A stretch of DNA of 64,000 bases, taken from the NCBI GenBank assembly GCA_046563655.1, contig CM102287.1, positions 682,001 through 746,000 of the forward strand. Direction: 5' to 3'. The first letter of the stretch is position 1. Each line of letters starts with the position of its first letter. This DNA is from Yuukianura sp. NJ FZ-2021 (lineage: Eukaryota). The notes below the pieces were generated by a model. It made no database searches, had not been told where the DNA came from, and saw only the letters and a list, made by a program, of their open reading frames with translations. Below are positions 37,701 through 52,700 of the stretch, in pieces. The position numbers and the translations under genes are program-made.

Positions 37701-40700
37701 TTTTAATGGGTAAAATTGCTCGGCAAATTCACAAAAATGGCTGTATCTCGAGAAGTGTGGTTTTCCGGTGAAATCTAATTTCGAATTCGGATTCACCGAC
37801 TTGAAATTGATGTGAGTAGACTTTCAAAGGTGGACATTTAGAAAGGCAGTTTTTCTAAATTTTTAATGGGTAAAATTGCTCGGCAAATTCACAAAAATGG
37901 CTGTATCTCGAGAAGTGTGGTTTTCCGGTGAAATCTAATTTCGAATTCGGATTCACCGACTTGAAATTGATGTGAGTAGACTTTCAAAGGTGGACATTTA
38001 GAAAGGCAGTTTTTCTAAATTTTTAGGGGTAAAATTGCTCGGCAAATTCACAAAAACGGCTGTATCTCGAGAAGTGTGGTTTTCCGGTGAAATCTAATTT
38101 CGAATTCGGATTCACCGACTTGAAATTGATGTGAGTAGACTTTCAAAGGTGGACATTTAGAAAGGCAGTTTTTCTAAATTTTTAATGGGTAAAATTGCTC
38201 GGCAAATTCACAAAAACGGCTGTATCTCGAGAAGTGTGGTTTTCCGGTGAAATCTAATTTCGAATTCGGATTCACCGACTTGAAATTGATGTGAGTAGAC
38301 TTTCAAAGGTGGACATTTAGAAAGGCAGTTTTTCTAAATTTTTAATGGGTAAAATTGCTCGGCAAATTCACAAAAATGGCTGTATCTCGAGAAGTGTGGT
38401 TTTCCGGTGAAATCTAATTTCGAATTCGGATTCACCGACTTGAAATTGATGTGAGTAGACTTTCAAAGGTGGACATTTAGAAAGGCAGTTTTTCTAAATT
38501 TTTAATGGGTAAAATTGCTCGGCAAATTCACAAAAACGGCTGTATCTCGAGAAGTGTGGTTTTCCGGTGAAATCTAATTTCGAATTCGGATTCACCGACT
38601 TGAAATTGATGTGAGTAGACTTTCAAAGGTGGACATTTAGAAAGGCAGTTTTTCTAAATTTTTAATGGGTAAAATTGCTCGGCAAATTCACAAAAATGGC
38701 TGTATCTCGAGAAGTGTGGTTTTCCGGTGAAATCTAATTTCGAATTCGGATTCACCGACTTGAAATTGATGTGAGTAGACTTTCAAAGGTGGACATTTAG
38801 AAAGGCAGTTTTTCTAAATTTTTAGGGGTAAAATTGCTCGGCAAATTCACAAAAACGGCTGTATCTCGAGAAGTGTGGTTTTCCGGTGAAATCTAATTTC
38901 GAATTCGGATTCACCGACTTGAAATTGATGTGAGTAGACTTTCAAAGGTGGACATTTAGAAAGGCAGTTTTTCTAAATTTTTAATGGGTAAAATTGCTCG
39001 GCAAATTCACAAAAATGGCTGTATCTCGAGAAGTGTGGTTTTCCGGTGAAATCTAATTTCGAATTCGGATTCACCGACTTGAAATTGATGTGAGTAGACT
39101 TTCAAAGGTGGACATTTAGAAAGGCAGTTTTTCTAAATTTTTAATGGGTAAAATTGCTCGGCAAATTCACAAAAATGGCTGTATCTCGAGAAGTGTGGTT
39201 TTCCGGTGAAATCTAATTTCGAATTCGGATTCACCGACTTGAAATTGATGTGAGTAGACTTTCAAAGGTGGACATTTAGAAAGGCAGTTTTTCTAAATTT
39301 TTAATGGGTAAAATTGCTCGGCAAATTCACAAAAACGGCTGTATCTCGAGAAGTGTGGTTTTCCGGTGAAATCTAATTTCGAATTCGGATTCACCGACTT
39401 GAAATTGATGTGAGTAGACTTTCAAAGGTGGACATTTAGAAAGGCAGTTTTTCTAAATTTTTAATGGGTAAAATTGCTCGGCAAATTCACAAAAATGGCT
39501 GTATCTCGAGAAGTGTGGTTTTCCGGTGAAATCTAATTTCGAATTCGGATTCACCGACTTGAAATTGATGTGAGTAGACTTTCAAAGGTGGACATTTAGA
39601 AAGGCAGTTTTTCTAAATTTTTAGGGGTAAAATTGCTCGGCAAATTCACAAAAACGGCTGTATCTCGAGAAGTGTGGTTTTCCGGTGAAATCTAATTTCG
39701 AATTCGGATTCACCGACTTGAAATTGATGTGAGTAGACTTTCAAAGGTGGACATTTAGAAAGGCAGTTTTTCTAAATTTTTAATGGGTAAAATTGCTCGG
39801 CAAATTCACAAAAATGGCTGTATCTCGAGAAGTGTGGTTTTCCGGTGAAATCTAATTTCGAATTCGGATTCACCGACTTGAAATTGATGTGAGTAGACTT
39901 TCAAAGGTGGACATTTAGAAAGGCAGTTTTTCTAAATTTTTAGGGGTAAAATTGCTCGGCAAATTCACAAAAACGGCTGTATCTCGAGAAGTGTGGTTTT
40001 CCGGTGAAATCTAATTTCGAATTCGGATTCACCGACTTGAAATTGATGTGAGTAGACTTTCAAAGGTGGACATTTAGAAAGGCAGTTTTTCTAAATTTTT
40101 AATGGGTAAAATTGCTCGGCAAATTCACAAAAATGGCTGTATCTCGAGAAGTGTGGTTTTCCGGTGAAATCTAATTTCGAATTCGGATTCACCGACTTGA
40201 AATTGATGTGAGTAGACTTTCAAAGGTGGACATTTAGAAAGGCAGTTTTTCTAAATTTTTAGGGGTTAAAATTGCTCGGCAAATTCACAAAAACGGCTGT
40301 ATCTCGAGAAGTGTGGTTTTCCGGTGAAATCTAATTTCGAATTCGGATTCACCGACTTGAAATTGATGTGAGTAGACTTTCAAAGGTGGACATTTAGAAA
40401 GGCAGTTTTTCTAAATTTTTAGGGGTAAAATTGCTCGGCAAATTCACAAAAACGGCTGTATCTCGAGAAGTGTGGTTTTCCGGTGAAATCTAATTTCGAA
40501 TTCGGATTCACCGACTTGAAATTGATGTGAGTAGACTTTCAAAGGTGGACATTTAGAAAGGCAGTTTTTCTAAATTTTTAGGGGTAAAATTGCTCGGCAA
40601 ATTCACAAAAACGGCTGTATCTCGAGAAGTGTGGTTTTCCGGTGAAATCTAATTTCGAATTCGGATTCACCGACTTGAAATTGATGTGAGTAGACTTTCA

Positions 40701-43700
40701 AAGGTGGACATTTAGAAAGGCAGTTTTTCTAAATTTTTAATGGGTAAAATTGCTCGGCAAATTCACAAAAATGGCTGTATCTCGAGAAGTGTGGTTTTCC
40801 GGTGAAATCTAATTTCGAATTCGGATTCACCGACTTGAAATTGATGTGAGTAGACTTTCAAAGGTGGACATTTAGAAAGGCAGTTTTTCTAAATTTTTAA
40901 TGGGTAAAATTGCTCGGCAAATTCACAAAAACGGCTGTATCTCGAGAAGTGTGGTTTTCCGGTGAAATCTAATTTCGAATTCGGATTCACCGACTTGAAA
41001 TTGATGTGAGTAGACTTTCAAAGGTGGACATTTAGAAAGGCAGTTTTTCTAAATTTTTAGGGGTAAAATTGCTCGGCAAATTCACAAAAACGGCTGTATC
41101 TCGAGAAGTGTGGTTTTCCGGTGAAATCTAATTTCGAATTCGGATTCACCGACTTGAAATTGATGTGAGTAGACTTTCAAAGGTGGACATTTAGAAAGGC
41201 AGTTTTTCTAAATTTTTAATGGGTAAAATTGCTCGGCAAATTCACAAAAACGGCTGTATCTCGAGAAGTGTGGTTTTCCGGTGAAATCTAATTTCGAATT
41301 CGGATTCACCGACTTGAAATTGATGTGAGTAGACTTTCAAAGGTGGACATTTAGAAAGGCAGTTTTTCTAAATTTTTAGGGGTAAAATTGCTCGGCAAAT
41401 TCACAAAAACGGCTGTATCTCGAGAAGTGTGGTTTTCCGGTGAAATCTAATTTCGAATTCGGATTCACCGACTTGAAATTGATGTGAGTAGACTTTCAAA
41501 GGTGGACATTTAGAAAGGCAGTTTTTCTAAATTTTTAGGGGTAAAATTGCTCGGCAAATTCACAAAAACGGCTGTATCTCGAGAAGTGTGGTTTTCCGGT
41601 GAAATCTAATTTCGAATTCGGATTCACCGACTTGAAATTGATGTGAGTAGACTTTCAAAGGTGGACATTTAGAAAGGCAGTTTTTCTAAATTTTTAATGG
41701 GTAAAATTGCTCGGCAAATTCACAAAAATGGCTGTATCTCGAGAAGTGTGGTTTTCCGGTGAAATCTAATTTCGAATTCGGATTCACCGACTTGAAATTG
41801 ATGTGAGTAGACTTTCAAAGGTGGACATTTAGAAAGGCAGTTTTTCTAAATTTTTAGGGGTAAAATTGCTCGGCAAATTCACAAAAACGGCTGTATCTCG
41901 AGAAGTGTGGTTTTCCGGTGAAATCTAATTTCGAATTCGGATTCACCGACTTGAAATTGATGTGAGTAGACTTTCAAAGGTGGACATTTAGAAAGGCAGT
42001 TTTTCTAAATTTTTAATGGGTAAAATTGCTCGGCAAATTCACAAAAATGGCTGTATCTCGAGAAGTGTGGTTTTCCGGTGAAATCTAATTTCGAATTCGG
42101 ATTCACCGACTTGAAATTGATGTGAGTAGACTTTCAAAGGTGGACATTTAGAAAGGCAGTTTTTCTAAATTTTTAATGGGTAAAATTGCTCGGCAAATTC
42201 ACAAAAACGGCTGTATCTCGAGAAGTGTGGTTTTCCGGTGAAATCTAATTTCGAATTCGGATTCACCGACTTGAAATTGATGTGAGTAGACTTTCAAAGG
42301 TGGACATTTAGAAAGGCAGTTTTTCTAAATTTTTAGGGGTAAAATTGCTCGGCAAATTCACAAAAACGGCTGTATCTCGAGAAGTGTGGTTTTCCGGTGA
42401 AATCTAATTTCGAATTCGGATTCACCGACTTGAAATTGATGTGAGTAGACTTTCAAAGGTGGACATTTAGAAAGGCAGTTTTTCTAAATTTTTAATGGGT
42501 AAAATTGCTCGGCAAATTCACAAAAATGGCTGTATCTCGAGAAGTGTGGTTTTCCGGTGAAATCTAATTTCGAATTCGGATTCACCGACTTGAAATTGAT
42601 GTGAGTAGACTTTCAAAGGTGGACATTTAGAAAGGCAGTTTTTCTAAATTTTTAATGGGTAAAATTGCTCGGCAAATTCACAAAAACGGCTGTATCTCGA
42701 GAAGTGTGGTTTTCCGGTGAAATCTAATTTCGAATTCGGATTCACCGACTTGAAATTGATGTGAGTAGACTTTCAAAGGTGGACATTTAGAAAGGCAGTT
42801 TTTCTAAATTTTTAGGGGTAAAATTGCTCGGCAAATTCACAAAAACGGCTGTATCTCGAGAAGTGTGGTTTTCCGGTGAAATCTAATTTCGAATTCGGAT
42901 TCACCGACTTGAAATTGATGTGAGTAGACTTTCAAAGGTGGACATTTAGAAAGGCAGTTTTTCTAAATTTTTAATGGGTAAAATTGCTCGGCAAATTCAC
43001 AAAAATGGCTGTATCTCGAGAAGTGTGGTTTTCCGGTGAAATCTAATTTCGAATTCGGATTCACCGACTTGAAATTGATGTGAGTAGACTTTCAAAGGTG
43101 GACATTTAGAAAGGCAGTTTTTCTAAATTTTTAGGGGTAAAATTGCTCGGCAAATTCACAAAAACGGCTGTATCTCGAGAAGTGTGGTTTTCCGGTGAAA
43201 TCTAATTTCGAATTCGGATTCACCGACTTGAAATTGATGTGAGTAGACTTTCAAAGGTGGACATTTAGAAAGGCAGTTTTTCTAAATTTTTAATGGGTAA
43301 AATTGCTCGGCAAATTCACAAAAATGGCTGTATCTCGAGAAGTGTGGTTTTCCGGTGAAATCTAATTTCGAATTCGGATTCACCGACTTGAAATTGATGT
43401 GAGTAGACTTTCAAAGGTGGACATTTAGAAAGGCAGTTTTTCTAAATTTTTAATGGGTAAAATTGCTCGGCAAATTCACAAAAATGGCTGTATCTCGAGA
43501 AGTGTGGTTTTCCGGTGAAATCTAATTTCGAATTCGGATTCACCGACTTGAAATTGATGTGAGTAGACTTTCAAAGGTGGACATTTAGAAAGGCAGTTTT
43601 TCTAAATTTTTAATGGGTAAAATTGCTCGGCAAATTCACAAAAACGGCTGTATCTCGAGAAGTGTGGTTTTCCGGTGAAATCTAATTTCGAATTCGGATT

Positions 43701-46700
43701 CACCGACTTGAAATTGATGTGAGTAGACTTTCAAAGGTGGACATTTAGAAAGGCAGTTTTTCTAAATTTTTAGGGGTTAAAATTGCTCGGCAAATTCACA
43801 AAAACGGCTGTATCTCGAGAAGTGTGGTTTTCCGGTGAAATCTAATTTCGAATTCGGATTCACCGACTTGAAATTGATGTGAGTAGACTTTCAAAGGTGG
43901 ACATTTAGAAAGGCAGTTTTTCTAAATTTTTAGGGGGTAAAATTGCTCGGCAAATTCACAAAAACGGCTGTATCTCGAGAAGTGTGGTTTTCCGGTGAAA
44001 TCTAATTTCGAATTCGGATTCACCGACTTGAAATTGATGTGAGTAGACTTTCAAAGGTGGACATTTAGAAAGGCAGTTTTTCTAAATTTTTAGGGGTAAA
44101 ATTGCTCGGCAAATTCACAAAAACGGCTGTATCTCGAGAAGTGTGGTTTTCCGGTGAAATCTAATTTCGAATTCGGATTCACCGACTTGAAATTGATGTG
44201 AGTAGACTTTCAAAGGTGGACATTTAGAAAGGCAGTTTTTCTAAATTTTTAGGGGTAAAATTGCTCGGCAAATTCACAAAAACGGCTGTATCTCGAGAAG
44301 TGTGGTTTTCCGGTGAAATCTAATTTCGAATTCGGATTCACCGACTTGAAATTGATGTGAGTAGACTTTCAAAGGTGGACATTTAGAAAGGCAGTTTTTC
44401 TAAATTTTTAGGGGTAAAATTGCTCGGCAAATTCACAAAAACGGCTGTATCTCGAGAAGTGTGGTTTTCCGGTGAAATCTAATTTCGAATTCGGATTCAC
44501 CGACTTGAAATTGATGTGAGTAGACTTTCAAAGGTGGACATTTAGAAAGGCAGTTTTTCTAAATTTTTAGGGGTAAAATTGCTCGGCAAATTCACAAAAA
44601 CGGCTGTATCTCGAGAAGTGTGGTTTTCCGGTGAAATCTAATTTCGAATTCGGATTCACCGACTTGAAATTGATGTGAGTAGACTTTCAAAGGTGGACAT
44701 TTAGAAAGGCAGTTTTTCTAAATTTTTAGGGGTAAAATTGCTCGGCAAATTCACAAAAACGGCTGTATCTCGAGAAGTGTGGTTTTCCGGTGAAATCTAA
44801 TTTCGAATTCGGATTCACCGACTTGAAATTGATGTGAGTAGACTTTCAAAGGTGGACATTTAGAAAGGCAGTTTTTCTAAATTTTTAATGGGTAAAATTG
44901 CTCGGCAAATTCACAAAAATGGCTGTATCTCGAGAAGTGTGGTTTTCCGGTGAAATCTAATTTCGAATTCGGATTCACCGACTTGAAATTGATGTGAGTA
45001 GACTTTCAAAGGTGGACATTTAGAAAGGCAGTTTTTCTAAATTTTTAGGGGTAAAATTGCTCGGCAAATTCACAAAAACGGCTGTATCTCGAGAAGTGTG
45101 GTTTTCCGGTGAAATCTAATTTCGAATTCGGATTCACCGACTTGAAATTGATGTGAGTAGACTTTCAAAGGTGGACATTTAGAAAGGCAGTTTTTCTAAA
45201 TTTTTAGGGGTTAAAATTGCTCGGCAAATTCACAAAAACGGCTGTATCTCGAGAAGTGTGGTTTTCCGGTGAAATCTAATTTCGAATTCGGATTCACCGA
45301 CTTGAAATTGATGTGAGTAGACTTTCAAAGGTGGACATTTAGAAAGGCAGTTTTTCTAAATTTTTAATGGGTAAAATTGCTCGGCAAATTCACAAAAATG
45401 GCTGTATCTCGAGAAGTGTGGTTTTCCGGTGAAATCTAATTTCGAATTCGGATTCACCGACTTGAAATTGATGTGAGTAGACTTTCAAAGGTGGACATTT
45501 AGAAAGGCAGTTTTTCTAAATTTTTAGGGGTAAAATTGCTCGGCAAATTCACAAAAACGGCTGTATCTCGAGAAGTGTGGTTTTCCGGTGAAATCTAATT
45601 TCGAATTCGGATTCACCGACTTGAAATTGATGTGAGTAGACTTTCAAAGGTGGACATTTAGAAAGGCAGTTTTTCTAAATTTTTAGGGGTAAAATTGCTC
45701 GGCAAATTCACAAAAACGGCTGTATCTCGAGAAGTGTGGTTTTCCGGTGAAATCTAATTTCGAATTCGGATTCACCGACTTGAAATTGATGTGAGTAGAC
45801 TTTCAAAGGTGGACATTTAGAAAGGCAGTTTTTCTAAATTTTTAGGGGTAAAATTGCTCGGCAAATTCACAAAAACGGCTGTATCTCGAGAAGTGTGGTT
45901 TTCCGGTGAAATCTAATTTCGAATTCGGATTCACCGACTTGAAATTGATGTGAGTAGACTTTCAAAGGTGGACATTTAGAAAGGCAGTTTTTCTAAATTT
46001 TTAGGGGTAAAATTGCTCGGCAAATTCACAAAAACGGCTGTATCTCGAGAAGTGTGGTTTTCCGGTGAAATCTAATTTCGAATTCGGATTCACCGACTTG
46101 AAATTGATGTGAGTAGACTTTCAAAGGTGGACATTTAGAAAGGCAGTTTTTCTAAATTTTTAGGGGTAAAATTGCTCGGCAAATTCACAAAAACGGCTGT
46201 ATCTCGAGAAGTGTGGTTTTCCGGTGAAATCTAATTTCGAATTCGGATTCACCGACTTGAAATTGATGTGAGTAGACTTTCAAAGGTGGACATTTAGAAA
46301 GGCAGTTTTTCTAAATTTTTAGGGGTTAAAATTGCTCGGCAAATTCACAAAAACGGCTGTATCTCGAGAAGTGTGGTTTTCCGGTGAAATCTAATTTCGA
46401 ATTCGGATTCACCGACTTGAAATTGATGTGAGTAGACTTTCAAAGGTGGACATTTAGAAAGGCAGTTTTTCTAAATTTTTAATGGGTAAAATTGCTCGGC
46501 AAATTCACAAAAATGGCTGTATCTCGAGAAGTGTGGTTTTCCGGTGAAATCTAATTTCGAATTCGGATTCACCGACTTGAAATTGATGTGAGTAGACTTT
46601 CAAAGGTGGACATTTAGAAAGGCAGTTTTTCTAAATTTTTAATGGGTAAAATTGCTCGGCAAATTCACAAAAACGGCTGTATCTCGAGAAGTGTGGTTTT

Positions 46701-49700
46701 CCGGTGAAATCTAATTTCGAATTCGGATTCACCGACTTGAAATTGATGTGAGTAGACTTTCAAAGGTGGACATTTAGAAAGGCAGTTTTTCTAAATTTTT
46801 AGGGGTAAAATTGCTCGGCAAATTCACAAAAACGGCTGTATCTCGAGAAGTGTGGTTTTCCGGTGAAATCTAATTTCGAATTCGGATTCACCGACTTGAA
46901 ATTGATGTGAGTAGACTTTCAAAGGTGGACATTTAGAAAGGCAGTTTTTCTAAATTTTTAGGGGTAAAATTGCTCGGCAAATTCACAAAAACGGCTGTAT
47001 CTCGAGAAGTGTGGTTTTCCGGTGAAATCTAATTTCGAATTCGGATTCACCGACTTGAAATTGATGTGAGTAGACTTTCAAAGGTGGACATTTAGAAAGG
47101 CAGTTTTTCTAAATTTTTAGGGGTAAAATTGCTCGGCAAATTCACAAAAACGGCTGTATCTCGAGAAGTGTGGTTTTCCGGTGAAATCTAATTTCGAATT
47201 CGGATTCACCGACTTGAAATTGATGTGAGTAGACTTTCAAAGGTGGACATTTAGAAAGGCAGTTTTTCTAAATTTTTAATGGGTAAAATTGCTCGGCAAA
47301 TTCACAAAAACGGCTGTATCTCGAGAAGTGTGGTTTTCCGGTGAAATCTAATTTCGAATTCGGATTCACCGACTTGAAATTGATGTGAGTAGACTTTCAA
47401 AGGTGGACATTTAGAAAGGCAGTTTTTCTAAATTTTTAGGGGTAAAATTGCTCGGCAAATTCACAAAAACGGCTGTATCTCGAGAAGTGTGGTTTTCCGG
47501 TGAAATCTAATTTCGAATTCGGATTCACCGACTTGAAATTGATGTGAGTAGACTTTCAAAGGTGGACATTTAGAAAGGCAGTTTTTCTAAATTTTTAATG
47601 GGTAAAATTGCTCGGCAAATTCACAAAAACGGCTGTATCTCGAGAAGTGTGGTTTTCCGGTGAAATCTAATTTCGAATTCGGATTCACCGACTTGAAATT
47701 GATGTGAGTAGACTTTCAAAGGTGGACATTTAGAAAGGCAGTTTTTCTAAATTTTTAGGGGTAAAATTGCTCGGCAAATTCACAAAAACGGCTGTATCTC
47801 GAGAAGTGTGGTTTTCCGGTGAAATCTAATTTCGAATTCGGATTCACCGACTTGAAATTGATGTGAGTAGACTTTCAAAGGTGGACATTTAGAAAGGCAG
47901 TTTTTCTAAATTTTTAATGGGTAAAATTGCTCGGCAAATTCACAAAAATGGCTGTATCTCGAGAAGTGTGGTTTTCCGGTGAAATCTAATTTCGAATTCG
48001 GATTCACCGACTTGAAATTGATGTGAGTAGACTTTCAAAGGTGGACATTTAGAAAGGCAGTTTTTCTAAATTTTTAGGGGTAAAATTGCTCGGCAAATTC
48101 ACAAAAACGGCTGTATCTCGAGAAGTGTGGTTTTCCGGTGAAATCTAATTTCGAATTCGGATTCACCGACTTGAAATTGATGTGAGTAGACTTTCAAAGG
48201 TGGACATTTAGAAAGGCAGTTTTTCTAAATTTTTAGGGGTAAAATTGCTCGGCAAATTCACAAAAACGGCTGTATCTCGAGAAGTGTGGTTTTCCGGTGA
48301 AATCTAATTTCGAATTCGGATTCACCGACTTGAAATTGATGTGAGTAGACTTTCAAAGGTGGACATTTAGAAAGGCAGTTTTTCTAAATTTTTAGGGGTA
48401 AAATTGCTCGGCAAATTCACAAAAACGGCTGTATCTCGAGAAGTGTGGTTTTCCGGTGAAATCTAATTTCGAATTCGGATTCACCGACTTGAAATTGATG
48501 TGAGTAGACTTTCAAAGGTGGACATTTAGAAAGGCAGTTTTTCTAAATTTTTAGGGGTAAAATTGCTCGGCAAATTCACAAAAACGGCTGTATCTCGAGA
48601 AGTGTGGTTTTCCGGTGAAATCTAATTTCGAATTCGGATTCACCGACTTGAAATTGATGTGAGTAGACTTTCAAAGGTGGACATTTAGAAAGGCAGTTTT
48701 TCTAAATTTTTAATGGGTAAAATTGCTCGGCAAATTCACAAAAATGGCTGTATCTCGAGAAGTGTGGTTTTCCGGTGAAATCTAATTTCGAATTCGGATT
48801 CACCGACTTGAAATTGATGTGAGTAGACTTTCAAAGGTGGACATTTAGAAAGGCAGTTTTTCTAAATTTTTAATGGGTAAAATTGCTCGGCAAATTCACA
48901 AAAATGGCTGTATCTCGAGAAGTGTGGTTTTCCGGTGAAATCTAATTTCGAATTCGGATTCACCGACTTGAAATTGATGTGAGTAGACTTTCAAAGGTGG
49001 ACATTTAGAAAGGCAGTTTTTCTAAATTTTTAATGGGTAAAATTGCTCGGCAAATTCACAAAAATGGCTGTATCTCGAGAAGTGTGGTTTTCCGGTGAAA
49101 TCTAATTTCGAATTCGGATTCACCGACTTGAAATTGATGTGAGTAGACTTTCAAAGGTGGACATTTAGAAAGGCAGTTTTTCTAAATTTTTAATGGGTAA
49201 AATTGCTCGGCAAATTCACAAAAATGGCTGTATCTCGAGAAGTGTGGTTTTCCGGTGAAATCTAATTTCGAATTCGGATTCACCGACTTGAAATTGATGT
49301 GAGTAGACTTTCAAAGGTGGACATTTAGAAAGGCAGTTTTTCTAAATTTTTAGGGGTAAAATTGCTCGGCAAATTCACAAAAACGGCTGTATCTCGAGAA
49401 GTGTGGTTTTCCGGTGAAATCTAATTTCGAATTCGGATTCACCGACTTGAAATTGATGTGAGTAGACTTTCAAAGGTGGACATTTAGAAAGGCAGTTTTT
49501 CTAAATTTTTAGGGGTAAAATTGCTCGGCAAATTCACAAAAACGGCTGTATCTCGAGAAGTGTGGTTTTCCGGTGAAATCTAATTTCGAATTCGGATTCA
49601 CCGACTTGAAATTGATGTGAGTAGACTTTCAAAGGTGGACATTTAGAAAGGCAGTTTTTCTAAATTTTTAGGGGTAAAATTGCTCGGCAAATTCACAAAA

Positions 49701-52700
49701 ACGGCTGTATCTCGAGAAGTGTGGTTTTCCGGTGAAATCTAATTTCGAATTCGGATTCACCGACTTGAAATTGATGTGAGTAGACTTTCAAAGGTGGACA
49801 TTTAGAAAGGCAGTTTTTCTAAATTTTTAGGGGTAAAATTGCTCGGCAAATTCACAAAAACGGCTGTATCTCGAGAAGTGTGGTTTTCCGGTGAAATCTA
49901 ATTTCGAATTCGGATTCACCGACTTGAAATTGATGTGAGTAGACTTTCAAAGGTGGACATTTAGAAAGGCAGTTTTTCTAAATTTTTAGGGGTTAAAATT
50001 GCTCGGCAAATTCACAAAAACGGCTGTATCTCGAGAAGTGTGGTTTTCCGGTGAAATCTAATTTCGAATTCGGATTCACCGACTTGAAATTGATGTGAGT
50101 AGACTTTCAAAGGTGGACATTTAGAAAGGCAGTTTTTCTAAATTTTTAGGGGTTAAAATTGCTCGGCAAATTCACAAAAACGGCTGTATCTCGAGAAGTG
50201 TGGTTTTCCGGTGAAATCTAATTTCGAATTCGGATTCACCGACTTGAAATTGATGTGAGTAGACTTTCAAAGGTGGACATTTAGAAAGGCAGTTTTTCTA
50301 AATTTTTAGGGGTAAAATTGCTCGGCAAATTCACAAAAACGGCTGTATCTCGAGAAGTGTGGTTTTCCGGTGAAATCTAATTTCGAATTCGGATTCACCG
50401 ACTTGAAATTGATGTGAGTAGACTTTCAAAGGTGGACATTTAGAAAGGCAGTTTTTCTAAATTTTTAGGGGTTAAAATTGCTCGGCAAATTCACAAAAAC
50501 GGCTGTATCTCGAGAAGTGTGGTTTTCCGGTGAAATCTAATTTCGAATTCGGATTCACCGACTTGAAATTGATGTGAGTAGACTTTCAAAGGTGGACATT
50601 TAGAAAGGCAGTTTTTCTAAATTTTTAATGGGTAAAATTGCTCGGCAAATTCACAAAAATGGCTGTATCTCGAGAAGTGTGGTTTTCCGGTGAAATCTAA
50701 TTTCGAATTCGGATTCACCGACTTGAAATTGATGTGAGTAGACTTTCAAAGGTGGACATTTAGAAAGGCAGTTTTTCTAAATTTTTAGGGGTAAAATTGC
50801 TCGGCAAATTCACAAAAACGGCTGTATCTCGAGAAGTGTGGTTTTCCGGTGAAATCTAATTTCGAATTCGGATTCACCGACTTGAAATTGATGTGAGTAG
50901 ACTTTCAAAGGTGGACATTTAGAAAGGCAGTTTTTCTAAATTTTTAGGGGTAAAATTGCTCGGCAAATTCACAAAAACGGCTGTATCTCGAGAAGTGTGG
51001 TTTTCCGGTGAAATCTAATTTCGAATTCGGATTCACCGACTTGAAATTGATGTGAGTAGACTTTCAAAGGTGGACATTTAGAAAGGCAGTTTTTCTAAAT
51101 TTTTAGGGGTAAAATTGCTCGGCAAATTCACAAAAACGGCTGTATCTCGAGAAGTGTGGTTTTCCGGTGAAATCTAATTTCGAATTCGGATTCACCGACT
51201 TGAAATTGATGTGAGTAGACTTTCAAAGGTGGACATTTAGAAAGGCAGTTTTTCTAAATTTTTAGGGGTAAAATTGCTCGGCAAATTCACAAAAACGGCT
51301 GTATCTCGAGAAGTGTGGTTTTCCGGTGAAATCTAATTTCGAATTCGGATTCACCGACTTGAAATTGATGTGAGTAGACTTTCAAAGGTGGACATTTAGA
51401 AAGGCAGTTTTTCTAAATTTTTAGGGGTAAAATTGCTCGGCAAATTCACAAAAACGGCTGTATCTCGAGAAGTGTGGTTTTCCGGTGAAATCTAATTTCG
51501 AATTCGGATTCACCGACTTGAAATTGATGTGAGTAGACTTTCAAAGGTGGACATTTAGAAAGGCAGTTTTTCTAAATTTTTAATGGGTAAAATTGCTCGG
51601 CAAATTCACAAAAATGGCTGTATCTCGAGAAGTGTGGTTTTCCGGTGAAATCTAATTTCGAATTCGGATTCACCGACTTGAAATTGATGTGAGTAGACTT
51701 TCAAAGGTGGACATTTAGAAAGGCAGTTTTTCTAAATTTTTAATGGGTAAAATTGCTCGGCAAATTCACAAAAATGGCTGTATCTCGAGAAGTGTGGTTT
51801 TCCGGTGAAATCTAATTTCGAATTCGGATTCACCGACTTGAAATTGATGTGAGTAGACTTTCAAAGGTGGACATTTAGAAAGGCAGTTTTTCTAAATTTT
51901 TAGGGGTAAAATTGCTCGGCAAATTCACAAAAACGGCTGTATCTCGAGAAGTGTGGTTTTCCGGTGAAATCTAATTTCGAATTCGGATTCACCGACTTGA
52001 AATTGATGTGAGTAGACTTTCAAAGGTGGACATTTAGAAAGGCAGTTTTTCTAAATTTTTAGGGGTAAAATTGCTCGGCAAATTCACAAAAACGGCTGTA
52101 TCTCGAGAAGTGTGGTTTTCCGGTGAAATCTAATTTCGAATTCGGATTCACCGACTTGAAATTGATGTGAGTAGACTTTCAAAGGTGGACATTTAGAAAG
52201 GCAGTTTTTCTAAATTTTTAATGGGTAAAATTGCTCGGCAAATTCACAAAAATGGCTGTATCTCGAGAAGTGTGGTTTTCCGGTGAAATCTAATTTCGAA
52301 TTCGGATTCACCGACTTGAAATTGATGTGAGTAGACTTTCAAAGGTGGACATTTAGAAAGGCAGTTTTTCTAAATTTTTAGGGGTTAAAATTGCTCGGCA
52401 AATTCACAAAAACGGCTGTATCTCGAGAAGTGTGGTTTTCCGGTGAAATCTAATTTCGAATTCGGATTCACCGACTTGAAATTGATGTGAGTAGACTTTC
52501 AAAGGTGGACATTTAGAAAGGCAGTTTTTCTAAATTTTTAGGGGGTAAAATTGCTCGGCAAATTCACAAAAACGGCTGTATCTCGAGAAGTGTGGTTTTC
52601 CGGTGAAATCTAATTTCGAATTCGGATTCACCGACTTGAAATTGATGTGAGTAGACTTTCAAAGGTGGACATTTAGAAAGGCAGTTTTTCTAAATTTTTA

